63,498 bases of DNA, filler included, from Octopus bimaculoides (GCF_001194135.2; 6 parts of 6 records of this genome joined end to end with filler, not necessarily neighbours in it), one strand, 5' to 3'. Counted from the whole stretch's first letter, positions 51,251 through 63,445 are shown. Translations and numbers: made by a program. Notes: generated from the letters alone by a model not told the origin.

Positions 51251-54062
51251 TTAGGAAAATATATTGAATTGCGCTATCCAAAATACACTTTATCCGTTAA
51301 GCCGGAGGGATCAGAGAATGTAGTCATTGTTATATAACAAAAGAGATTGCCAAGGTTGGAAGGATTTTATCTTAATTCCCTTGAAACAGCTTTGACTTAT
51401 GGCTAAATAACATCAACAGCAAAATCAGCAATTTTAAAGGTTTCAACCCAACAAGAAATCCTGAAAATCAATGAATCCCAAACTTTGCTCCCTGGCCCTT
51501 TTATCTAACATATTTCGTCGTTTATTTATTAACCCCAAGTCAAAAATATACAGTAAATATTTGTTAGAAATCAAATCTCAAATCACTGCCTAAGCGATAT
51601 CTTTAAGATAGTGAGTTAGCACTAGTATTCAAATAAAATAGAAAATGAATTATAAATACATATTGTACAATCGCTCTACTCGCTCGCATTATAATCTTGG
51701 AGAATATTGCACTACTTAACAATTTACATTGTTCTGTGGTATTATATTTGATACATTAATATTTGTCTATGCACACATACATACAAAAAGCTTGCGCTTA
51801 TATACGTATTTACTTGTATATATAAACATGGGGATGCCTATGTTCATCTGTATATTTACAGTTTTTGGGCGTATGTATCCCTTGCATGCTTACATATTTA
51901 AATACGAACGCGTGCCCGCGCGCACACACATACACACTCACGCATACGCATATGTATATAGGTATGTGTTAATATACGTATGTGTGTATGCACTGCACAC
52001 ACACACATGCATAAATGTATGTGATGGAATAAGGAAAGGTATTGAATATGCTTCACAGTGTATTCATATGTGTGTATGTTTCAACATCTGCAACTGAAAA
52101 AAACGATTCTATATATCGTATATATGCACATGTAATTTGCATGGAAACGCTGAAACTGCTTCCTTCTAATAAATTTATGAATACACGTGTGTATGTATAT
52201 ACGTACGTATATATATATGTATGTTTGTAAGTATGTATGTATGCACACATGAATGCATATATGTATGTATATATGTTTGCAAGTAATTAGGTACATACGT
52301 ACTAAGTATTTAGGAAATATGTATCGCTTATGTAACTCACAAAATATGTTTACTTACATTGAGAATATTTAACAAAATTGAAAAATTTGTGCACAGTCGT
52401 ATATTTATGTCAGTGTTTGTTTAATGGTGTGTGAGTCTACATATTTCATGTAGATGTAAATATGAGCGTGTGAGAGAGAAAAGCCAATGATATTAAGATG
52501 AATTATATTAGTAGCAGCAGGAATATGAAAACTTAGGAGCCAAAGCTGGAAGTCCTTATTCTGTGATTCGACTTAATAAAAATGACAGCCATATTTTCTT
52601 CAAATCCTTTGCTATCTTCAATGTGCAATTGTGAATCCACTGAAATAATGCTTTTGACCATAGCTCTGCCAGTCAGTGTTAAATAAGAAAATCTAAAAGA
52701 CTACAGAGTAAACACTACATGATCAGACGGTACGCATTAACATATATGCAGTATACAATATGAAACACGGGGTAATTCAGGCCAATAACACGACAGCAGT
52801 AACAGTTATATCTAAGTAACTCGTAGCTACTTTATGTCATTCTTATAGGACACTTCCCAATTTTCTATCACCGTCATATTTATGGGCGAGGCGGTAATAA
52901 TTCATGCTTATGCATGTAGAGATACACGTCATTAGAAAATTCACCTGAAATCTCAACTACTAATAAGATATAAATTCCTGGCTTTCGGTAAAAGAAAATA
53001 CAGGAGGATCAGTTAATTATAACTTTATTCCCATCTCAGATTCACACACTTAGTACAGCAGCCCTTCAGTTTTTCTAAGCCCTGTAAAAGAACTTGTCCG
53101 ACCAGGCCTTTCACGATATCCTTAAAGCTAGGAACTTTTCAACACGTTTTAAAAGAGACTTGGATATATTTCCATAATCATAATCTTTCCAAGTTTTAAG
53201 TCAAATATGGTCTCATATGTAAATAAACCTTGAAAACATTCACATAGGAATGCTTCTGATTTAGCAAGGAAGAAGGAAATACGGAAATTGAACCCAGAGC
53301 GTTGAGAATAGAAATAATTGACACAATGTATTTTTCGACATTCTATCGCGTCTACTAGGTTGCCATCCAAACATAGCAAGCAAATAAAAAATATATTATT
53401 TGTTAGTGTTATATAGTAAAAATACAGTAAAACCATGTACTTTGACAACAGGTTTTCACGCTTCTTGATATTATACATACACACAAACACACAAACACCC
53501 ATATACACAAGCTTACATATGTGTATATGTATGTGCATGTGTGTTTGTGTGTGTTTAAGTCAGATAATAAAGGAATGTTACTCCTACTAATGATGCAGAA
53601 TACTCTCTGTCTTATAAAAAGTATACTAGAGTACATTATTTGCTTCTGGGAGACACGATACGTATAATTTCTATAGCTAGCCGCCGAATGGCTCATTCAT
53701 CTTTCTTTAATCATCCTTATGTAATACGTACTTTTCTTCACTCACTCATATACATACGTATATGTATGTATGTATTATGTATATATGTATGTATTCATGC
53801 TTGGTGTTACACTCACGATCTAGCGATCGTGATTTCGATTCCTAGAGCGGGTGGTGCGTTGTGTTCTTGAGGAAAACATTTCATCTAACGTTGCTCTGCG
53901 ATCACTCCGACACCTGACGCGTGGTACACCGGGCACCTGTTCAAACAACATCAATTTGATTGAGAGAGTAATTTAATGTGCGGCACGAACACTTGATCAC
54001 TATAAACAAATCGTTTGTGTAAGCTGAACGCTCGTTCATTATCTTCGACGGGAGAGTCCATC

Positions 54063-54093
<31 letters not shown>

Positions 54094-54438
54094 TGTACGC
54101 ATGTATGTATGTAAATATTTAATCAAGTGAATTATCTGAATAATGAATATAAGTTTTCATGACTGTGGGAATAGTGAATAAGTTCGCTTCACAAATATTG
54201 GATCACATTTTGATGCTACAGTAATTATGGTCAAATCATTTGTTTTTTGTATACCATATCATGAGGTTTCGCTAAAGCATTGTGATTATAATTCGCGACA
54301 CAGAAGGTCTTTGGAAACTTGCTGCGCGGACCATCCTGTAATACATACAAACGCCAAGCTTTGTCACGCACTGACATGTTGAAGGGTCTCTGTAATATTT
54401 ACGCACTTACACGTTAATTTCGAAACCAACAAAGAATT

Positions 54439-54472
<34 letters not shown>

Positions 54473-54622
54473 CTATTGTTTAATGTCTGCTTCTATCTTT
54501 CATTCATTGTCTTTCGGTGTGAATATCTATCTCTTCATCAATCTGCTTATATATATATATTTGACCGTTGACTGGACACTATTCAATTTTTATTCTCCGT
54601 GTTTTTCTCCTTGTCTCCGTAT

Positions 54623-54659
54623 TCTTTCTGTTGAAGAGCGTAGCTCGAAACGTCAAAGA
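54623..54659 (+). ncRNA. Minimal type I hammerhead variant (CUGUUGA core)
   Basis: TCTTT-CTGTTGA-A-GAGC-GTA-GCTC-GAAA-C-GTC-AAAGA: perfect 5-bp stem I, 4-bp stem II, and palindromic ACGT in place of a stem III loop. Confidence 0.7.
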
Positions 54660-54750
54660 CTTACCGTATTCCCGAGCGTCATACTAATACATCCTTTTGT
54701 TATTTACACCACCTGTCCTCGTCTGTTGTTGTTTTTTCGTATATTCTCCC

Positions 54751-54787
<37 letters not shown>

Positions 54788-55195
54788 TATGCTTGTTGTG
54801 CGGCTATATGTGTGTATCTCTGTACGTCTACATTCGTGTGCCTGTATATGTGTCTATGTCTCCGTGTGTGTCTGACATTGTTCCCTTGTTTGTATACACA
54901 CATGCATGCAACATAGATATGTATAGACAAATACCAAAGCAGATATGCATATTCACACATGTACACGCACACACATATTTCTATGTGTAAATCTAAATAC
55001 ATTTTTCGGTGTATGTGTGAGGGAGTAAATCTATGTGTCTGGTTGTGTGTACATAACAAACCTACAGTACCTCCAACTACCAACCCCGTACGACAAAAAT
55101 ATGCTTAAAAAAACAACAAGAAGGTAAGGAAATTTTAGTATTAGTCTAAATTTAGCTGGGAGAATTGTTACTAAAACTATCTTTTCTATTTTCAG

Positions 55196-55328
55196 TGTTT
55201 GTTGAGTCAGAATTTTCCGGTTCAGCACCAGCAGATGGACTTGACAAATATTGTTCCATACCTCAACACACTTGCTCTGCTTTCAGCAAACAATTGCACT
55301 CTTTCACAACAAATATAAAAATTCCAAG
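55196..55328 (+). CDS. Candidate exon after a 72-nt intron-like segment
   Basis: AAG|gtaagg (55124) ... tcttttctattttcag (55195); open in phase 1 (FVESEFSGSAP..IKIPR); downstream donor gtcata is weak; no homology recognised. Confidence 0.3.
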
Positions 55329-56741
55329 GTCATATTTGGACGACAAATTCTACAATTTTGTTTATTATTTATATTTCGGCACTCAAAATATTTGCGTTTG
55401 TGTTGCTGTGTGAAGGAGTATTTGTGTATATGATGTGTTTGTGTGCTTTTTTTCCGTTCACATGCGAATGTATACAGATTCTTCCGTGTAGTTAAGCATG
55501 CTATACATACATATATACAGACATACATACATACATACATACATAATACTTACATACATACATACGTACATACATACATACATATATGCATGCATACATA
55601 CATACATACATACACACACACATACATACACACATACATACAAACAAACTCATAGGCATTCGTTGATACAGATGCGCACACACGTATGTGTCTGGCTCTG
55701 TGTGTCTGTGTGTAAGTTAACCGAAGCAGCATTAATTGAAAAATATAATATACTATATAATTGTACATATATACTATACAATAGTAAACGCGCGCGCGCG
55801 TGTGTATGACCAGTAAGAAGAAAGGGGAAAACCTTAAATAACAATAACAAGCAAATTTTTTTACTGAAACGTGCAACCAAAATTTATCTCAGAACGTCAC
55901 AGTCTATTGAATTGATACTCTACTCCACACGTTGTTGCTATTATATCTATTATTACGACGGGTATATTTTCATCCACAGATGTTCCCGATGAAATCTAAA
56001 CGAAAGTAATGATTATAAGCATAATATTGCAGTTCATGTGATTCGGTATCTTATCTTTTGCTTGAAGTTACCAACCTTCTAAATAATTGCTTCTACGAGT
56101 CAACGAGGAAGTCTCTAAGTGAGCCGACACCGACAGCGTCTAAGTGATAACACATCCTGCTAAATGTAACAGCTACATCGCCTTCAAATCACACTCTTCT
56201 TTCTAAAAAAGGAAGTTCACAACATTTCCTTCAATATTTACTGAAACAGATGCAAAGACGTCCGTATAGTCACTGATCAGTAGCTTCAATATCTTGATCA
56301 TACTACTGTCGGAAAGAGCTGACCTGCGGCTAAGTAACAATCATTACAACTTCAATATTACCTAAAGCAAAACTTTCTTGAGACAACATGGAAGCTACAA
56401 AAACCTGTGACAATAAATAAAATATGTTAAAATAAAAAGATGGACACTATAGCGATAGTTCACGTATGTAATACAATGAGCCACAAAGATTCGATCACAT
56501 GAGATTATCCACGGAATTAATAGATAAAATCCTATTTTAGATCTATTTAAGATTTAAGATTAGCAACCAAAGGAGATAACTCCACATGAACATCTGCACG
56601 TAATTTAGACAGTATAGATTAAATTGGATGTGGCTCTTAAATGCCAACTAGTATCAGCAACAGACATATTTTGAGGCTATTAGACTTCGTCAGCGACATA
56701 TATTCTATTCTGTTGGTAAGACTAAGACATACAATATATAC

Positions 56742-56774
<33 letters not shown>

Positions 56775-58523
56775 AAACAACAAATTACTAAGAGAAATAA
56801 CTCAGAGTAGCTAGTGACGTGTATATCAAAAACAGACAAATTGAATATTATATAACATCAATTCATTTATTTCCGATTCTATTATAATTAAGATCAACTC
56901 CATATTAAAAAGGGATACAATCTCAAGAATTCTTCAGACTTGACTGGCTTAAATGTTAAGATTCTCACATTAGTACTACAGTTATAATTCAGTTAAAGCA
57001 ATTTTTATTAAATAAAGTTCTGCATCATTCGGCTCTAGGAAAGCCTTTCTAATGCTTACAAGGTTTAAGCAATATTAGACAATGTTTAAGAAAAGGATGT
57101 TTGTACTCGAAGGTATAAATATATAGAGCCATTATCAAGCTAATTATTGAAGAATATTTCAAAGGAGAGGAGTCCAAAACCAAAATAACCACCACATACA
57201 ATCAAGTAAAGAATCATAGGGAAATTTATACTATATGTTAATGGATCTATGAAATGCAATTCATGCATAGATGAAACATCGCATTTTCTTTTTACATATA
57301 AGAATTTCACCGCACTACTGATTCCAGATCCGAAATTTTCAGCAAATGCAAACATATGGGCAAATTTCTTAAGGCGAATTAAAATTTATCTCTCACTGGA
57401 CGGAGTATTTTTTGTTGCTGTTACCTTAAGGGAACAGTAAACTCTCCCCCTCTCTCTTTTTACATATATATATANNNNNNNNNNNNNNNNNNNNNNNNNN
57501 NNNNNNNNNNNNNNNNNNNNNNNNNNNNNNNNNNNNNNNNNNNNNNNNNNNNNNNNNNNNNNNNNNNNNNNNNNNNNNNNNNNNNNNNNNNNNNNNNNNN
57601 NNNNNNNNNNNNNNNNNNNNNNNNNNNNNNNNNNNNNNNNNNNNNNNNNNNNNNNNNNNNNNNNNNNNNNNNNNNNNNNNNNNNNNNNNNNNNNNNNNNN
57701 NNNNNNNNNNNNNNNNNNNNNNNNNNNNNNNNNNNNNNNNNNNNNNNNNNNNNNNNNNNNNNNNNNNNNNNNNNNNNNNNNNNNNNNNNNNNNNNNNNNN
57801 NNNNNNNNNNNNNNNNNNNNNNTGTATCTATATTTATGTGTTTGTCTCTGTCCCCAACATTGCTTGACAATCGATGTTGGTGTGTTTACGTCCCCATAAC
57901 CTAGCGCTTCGGTAAAAAAAAAGATCGATAGAATAAGTCCTAAGTTAGATTTTTTCGACTAAAAATCCTTCAAGGTATGGTTCCAGCACGACCGTAGTCA
58001 AATGATTGAAACAAGTAAAAGAATAAGAGAATATATATATTCATACATACATATGTATACATATAAATTTGACATGGACGATTCTTTCTTGTCTTGGGAT
58101 TCACGGTCAAACGGCTGGGTGGAATTGCGCGAAAAATTACAAAGATGTGTAGAATGATCCGGTGGTGATGCTGGGCTTTGTATTTTTTCATAGCTGCCAT
58201 GGGTACCGAGATAATCTACTATAATAATACTCGTGTTTATGAAGAAGAAAGGAAAGGGTGATAGATGAATAAGGAAGAAAGGGGTGATGTCATACTTGGT
58301 AGTCGGATGATGAAAATTGTACGATGAAAAAATAAATCAAACAGCGTTTCAACTCTGTGTGAATATATGTGTGTGTGTGTAAAAGGAAGGTGTGTGAATC
58401 TGTGTGTGTGTGTGTGTGTGCGCGCGCGCGCGCGCAATGGATGTGGGATGGATCATCTTTGTCCGCTTAGTATTTGGGTTTATCTTTTGATTTGGTTGAA
58501 TCTTAGTCGGTTTGTTTTGTTAG

Positions 58524-58998
58524 TGTTATATCGCACGTTCGATGACCTCTACACAACTACTCCGACGTCTAGACTTCTCCCTCTATATCTATGTATTGGG
58601 CTAGCCTACTTCATCGTCTGGAGGCGTCGACACAACACCTACCCCTTTTGAGTTTTTTAAACCTGAATTTATCAATTTCATTTCCTCGGTGCGAAACTAG
58701 CATATCTTTTTCTGTTAGCGTTGATTTCCATCATTTCTGTAGGTTTTCTCTTCCTGTTCGACCTACGTCTCGGTTCTGCTTTCAGTAACTCTTCCATTTC
58801 GGTACTATTCAAAATCCTCGTCGCCACTGTTGTATCGCAGTACTAAACAGTGGCTGCGTGAGCTACGAAATCTTCGTCGCCACTGTTATATCGCACGTTC
58901 AGATGACCTTTACTCAACTACTCCGACGTCTAGACTTCTCCCTCTATATCTACGTATTGGGCTAGACTACTTCATCGTCTTGGGGCGTCGACACAACA
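58524..58998 (-). mobile_element. TRIM-like miniature non-autonomous LTR retroelement (Gypsy-derived)
   Basis: Direct repeats 58524-58637 and 58884-58998 bounded by TGTT..AACA. On the minus strand, PBS TGGCGACGAAGAT lies 1 nt from the 5' LTR and PPT AAAAGGGGTAGG abuts the 3' LTR. Confidence 0.88.
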
Positions 58999-58999
58999 G

Positions 59000-59135
59000 C
59001 TGGTCAGTTATATTTAGCGTTTTGACAGAAAAAATGTCGTTCAAAAATTGCTTCTTAACGTAAGATACTTACACAGAGCAGGTTTTACAGTCACATCATC
59101 CAAACCGACCGGGTGAAACCGGCCTTAGCTGCTAG
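59000..59135 (+). mobile_element. Possible Helitron 3' terminus
   Basis: GC hairpin GACCGG-GTGAAA-CCGGCC about 7 nt upstream of CTAG followed by T; no 5' end identified. Confidence 0.45.
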
Positions 59136-59823
59136 TATATATATATTTCTGCAGCACTTTTTCTTGATGCTGGAAGAAGGAAGAGTAAAGATAGCTGTGA
59201 TGAGATTTTGTCACTCCATCGTCTATGTTTTTTAAAAACTATAACAGTGAGTTTCGAAAATAGGTTTTACGAAAGAATATATGCAAGCATGAAACATTGT
59301 ACTTATTTACACCCTTCATTACTATCTCCATAAACTCTCTGATGTTGGAAACAATAATTTGAATATCTATCTTAAGAATATTTGCAAAAGTTGGTTATAT
59401 TACCGTAGAGTGTTTCAGTTATGACAGAAACATAACTAAAGATTGAGTCACGTACATATATTTGAGTTGCATTTTCTACAGACAGTACTTCTTTCTAATG
59501 AAGTTATGATTAGTAAAATAACCATTCCAATGCAACAGACAACCGAGCAAGTACGCGTAAAATGTTCCTATAGAATGTTCCTATACAAAAAATTCAGATA
59601 ACATAACAACTAGACAGAACATACATGTGACGTCCATACATACATACATACATACATACATGAATACAAACATACATCCGCAAACATTTATGATAGTCTT
59701 AGAACAAAGGAAACTTGTAATCACATAAGTATGCTTTATATATTTTACAAATTAATACATGTGTATGTGTATACTATTATATGAATGTACATGTATGCAT
59801 TATTATCATCATCATCATCATCA

Positions 59824-59860
<37 letters not shown>

Positions 59861-59960
59861 NNNNNNNNNNNNNNNNNNNNNNNNNNNNNNNNNNNNNNNN
59901 NNNNTTAATTAATTAANNNNNNNNNNNNNNNNNNNNNNNNNNNNNNNNNNNNNNNNNNNN

Positions 59961-60049
59961 AGCCATCTCTTCAGTTATCCAACCACCGGAGATTCTATTT
60001 TTTTTTTTTAAATAGAATCTCCGGTGGCTGAATAACTGAAGAAATGGTT
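59961..60049. repeat. ~40-bp-arm palindrome adjacent to a gap
   Basis: CCATCTCTTCAGTTATCCAACCACCGGAGATTCTATTT / AAATAGAATCTCCGGTGGCTGAATAACTGAAGAAATGG, 3 mismatches, T-run loop. Confidence 0.9.
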
Positions 60050-60092
60050 GGAGCGGAACCCCGCCCGGGCATCGGAAACTCGGAGTTTTATC
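60031..60092 (+). ncRNA. Type I hammerhead-like motif overlapping the palindrome's right arm
   Basis: AATAA-CTGAAGA-AATG..GGAGCGG/CCGCCC..CATC-G-GAAA-CT-CGG-AGTT-TTATC; GUU triplet, one extra G before GAAA. Confidence 0.55.
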
Positions 60093-60961
60093 ATGGCTAC
60101 TGAATAAGTGTTACATATCTTTACAGATACATTCCTCTATTTGCATAATATTGACGTCTCTTTCTTTCTTTTGTTGCCATTCCTGCCAAATATATATATA
60201 GATCTATATACACAGAAATGAACTACGAAAAATAACTGGAAGTGATCAGTGATATGTTTATGAATAACAAATAAATACTGATACGTTGATCATAATACAC
60301 AAGATTCGTTAAAAATTCTTTAAATTATTTCTGCTCCTAGAGGATATTCTACGATTACCAAATGGCAGTCATGACAAAGTAGTCTTTATAAGGGGAGATG
60401 ATCTCCAGATTCAAAGATTTTCTAAAACTGACATTAAAGTAAAAAGGATAAGCTTATTGTCTGGAGACAGAAGAACTGTCATGACTATGAGCTTTTTGCT
60501 CACTAAGCTTTTCCCGACTTTCTCGTGTACAAACTCATTTTGGAAAGAAGTCACTCTCCCCTTCTCAAGTGGAGCTGGCTATACGTGCCATTGCATCAGG
60601 TCATCACCTCTCTCCTCGGATTATGTTATATATATATATATATATATATATATATNNNNNNNNNNNNNNNNNNNNNNNNNNNNNNNNNNNNNNNNNNNNN
60701 NNNNNNNNNNNNNNNNNNNNNNNNNNNNNNNNNNNNNNNNNNNNNNNNNNNNNNNNNNNNNNNNNNNNNNNNNNNNNNNNNNNNNNNNNNNNNNNNNNNN
60801 NNNNNNNNNNNNNNNNNNNNNNNNNNNNNNNNNNNNNNNNNNNNNNNNNNNNNNNNNNNNNNNNNNNNNNNNNNNNNNNNNNNNNNNNNNNNNNNNNNNN
60901 NNNNNNNNNNNNNNNNNNNNNNNNNNNNNNNNNNNNNNNNNNNNNNNNNNNNNNNNNNNNN

Positions 60962-61002
<41 letters not shown>

Positions 61003-61003
<1 letters not shown>

Positions 61004-62200
61004 AGGGAGCGGTGAATAAATTGTCGTCTAAATTACGTAGAAATGTAAATAACACTGACATCTCATTTTAACAGATATATTTACCAAAATTACATAAAAC
61101 TGTCTTGAAATGCTAAAGAGTAAATTTGTTTAATAAAATCGCCATTGGCTTCAACCACAGCCTCCAGACGACTTCGGAATCTCCTGCAACTCTCCTGGGC
61201 GGTCTCCTTGTTTAAGTTGGTGAATGCTGCCATAATCCTTGCCTTCAGTTCACTTTGGTGTTACAAGGAGTTTTGTTGCTCTCTCGCTCAATAATCAAGG
61301 GTGTTGCAGCCTTGGGAGTTAGGCGATGTACTATTGACAGATATAGGGTCTTCCAGCAGCCACCCTCTTGACCCAGGGCAGTACTATCTCCTCGACTTTA
61401 TGTAGGTCTCCGTGTTGAATGTGAGGCCGTGTGGGAAGATGAATGGAAGCATAACGTCGCCATTTACTAGTGATCATTCCAAACACCATGATGTCGACTG
61501 GCGGCTGTTTGATTTTTATCACTTTTGGTACATGTTTTGGGGACACAGCAAGTAAACAGTTGTTCTGTGTGTTCACCATCTGATCCTGGCAGAATTTTTT
61601 CTCGCCTGAGAAAAACCAAAGCATGTTCAGCTGGAGGGGATATTTGAGTTTGTTTAAAAGCTTTGTTGCGCGGTCTTTCCTCTTGTCCTTGATGGTTTGG
61701 AATAAAAAAAACGGTCCTTTCTCAACTTGTATGAGGAATACCGAATGTCTTTATGCTCTACCTGCCTGATAAGAAACTCAGACATTCCCATGTCCTTGAC
61801 GATGGACCTGATTGACTTTGAGGATTCGTTGTCAATCATGGCCTGGATCTTACTAACAAATTCAGGAGTTCTTTTGTTATCAGAATGAGTTTCCTGAGCT
61901 GCCGTACCTTCGTAATCACCATTAGACTCGTCCTAGTCTTTTCGAATCATCTGCACGTCTTCAGATTAACAATCAAACACTCTGAAATGCTCATTTTGGA
62001 GCTTCCGGCCCGAATGCCAAGCAGTACAGCATGTCGTTTCTAAGTTTCTGGCAGAGTGAATTGTATAATCGTGCTGTTTATCTCACAGACAGTGCCCAGC
62101 TGACCCTACTATACTGTGTAGTCGACAAAATCAAAAACAAAAAATGTACATGCGCGAAATAAGAAATATAATATGGTGACAATTTACTCATCGCACCTGG
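61003..62200 (-). mobile_element. Near full-length decayed maT/DD37D transposon
   Basis: TIRs CAGGGAGCGGTGAATAAATTGTCG / rc CCAGGTGCGATGAGTAAATTGTCA; peptides VDIMVFG, PWVKRVAAGRPY, PNSQGCNTLDY, ELKARIMAAFTNLNKE..RFRSRLEAVVEANGDFIK. Confidence 0.9.
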
Positions 62201-62362
62201 TATGTGTGTGTGTGTGTGTGTGTGTGTGTTTGTGTGTGTGTNNNNNNNNNNNNNNNNNNNNNNNNNNNNNNNNNNNNNNNNNNNNTTAATTAATTAANNN
62301 NNNNNNNNNNNNNNNNNNNNNNNNNNNNNNNNNNNNNNNNNCATTTAAGATGATTCCCATGC

Positions 62363-62448
62363 ATTCCCTGAAGAGAAGGTTACAATTTTAATATCACAGA
62401 TCCCTATGGATCACATAGGTTGTAATCCTTTGAAACATATGTAGGAAT
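62363..62448 (+). ncRNA. Type I hammerhead ribozyme, intact core with extended stem II
   Basis: ATTCC-CTGAAGA-GAAGG-TTACAAT..CCTATG/CATAGG..GTTGTAA-T-CCTTT-GAAA-C-ATAT-GTA-GGAAT: perfect stem I, palindromic ATAT loop, GUA triplet (cleavage after 62443). Confidence 0.85.
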
Positions 62449-62673
62449 AAAGTATGCAATTATAACATGCGTTTTCTCCTTTCCTTAAATTTTTAAATAT
62501 ACTCAAATACCCAAAATTTCAAGGAGTTCCTGCCTTAAAAACAGGAACTACACCACAGTTATTTTGTGTTCTTTGCTACATTGGTTTCTATTAACCCATT
62601 TATTCTATCCGAAGAATTTTTATTCATTAAGATAGAAGAAATACATATAATTAAATATATATATATATGTATA

Positions 62674-62881
62674 CAGGATGTCCACAAAAACAATCCCAGC
62701 TGCGTCACTATGGGGTGGCAGTCATCTTGCATTTTCTTACGTTCACATCAAAGATGGTAAGTCTCCTGAAACTAAAAGAAAATATGTAGAGAATGTGTAG
62801 ACACCATATTTATCAATATATTAGAATTATTTTAGATGTCATAATGTCATGAAATCAGAGAGTGTTTTCGTAGGCACCCTG
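62674..62881. mobile_element. Tc1/mariner-type MITE
   Basis: TIRs CAGGATGTCCACAAAAACA / rc CAGGGTGCCTACGAAAACA, flanked by TA. Confidence 0.75.
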
Positions 62882-62927
<46 letters not shown>

Positions 62928-63354
62928 TGTATATATGTATGTATGTATATATGTATGTTTGTATGCATGTATGTACGTATATTTGTATGTATGTATACAT
63001 ATGTTTGTGTGTGAATGTGTGTATACAGGATGGGGTTCTTTCAGTTTCTCTCGACCAAATCAATTTACAAGGCTTTGGTTGACATTAGGCTAAACTAAAA
63101 GGCACTTACCCAAAGAGCTTCACAGTGGACCTGATCCTGAAACCATTTGGTTAGGAAGCAAACCTCTTAGCACACATCCATGGGTATACATGTGTGTTAG
63201 CGTTTGAATAAATCTAGACAGACAGACAGATAGATAGATACATTTCTTTTATTAGCCACACAGGGCTCAACGAAGATGGGACAAATACAATGTAGAGCTT
63301 TTCTTTTTGGGAAGGGGAAGGAAGGAAAAAAAAAATTTTTTTAAAGTGGTGGTG

Positions 63355-63445
63355 TCGATCAAAAGGGATCGTAGGAAGGGAAAAAGGGGGAGTTCGATCA
63401 AAAGGGATCGGAAAAAAAAAAGGAAAGGCCGATCAATAGGGATCG
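63355..63445. repeat. Three copies of CGATCAA(A/T)AGGGATCG separated by purine-rich spacers
   Basis: Each copy is a CGATC/GATCG mini-hairpin at about 36-bp period. Confidence 0.75.

Noticed and set aside
63355-63445. CRISPR-like repeat-spacer appearance
   Set aside because: Only three 16-bp units with low-complexity spacers, in a eukaryotic context with no cas genes.
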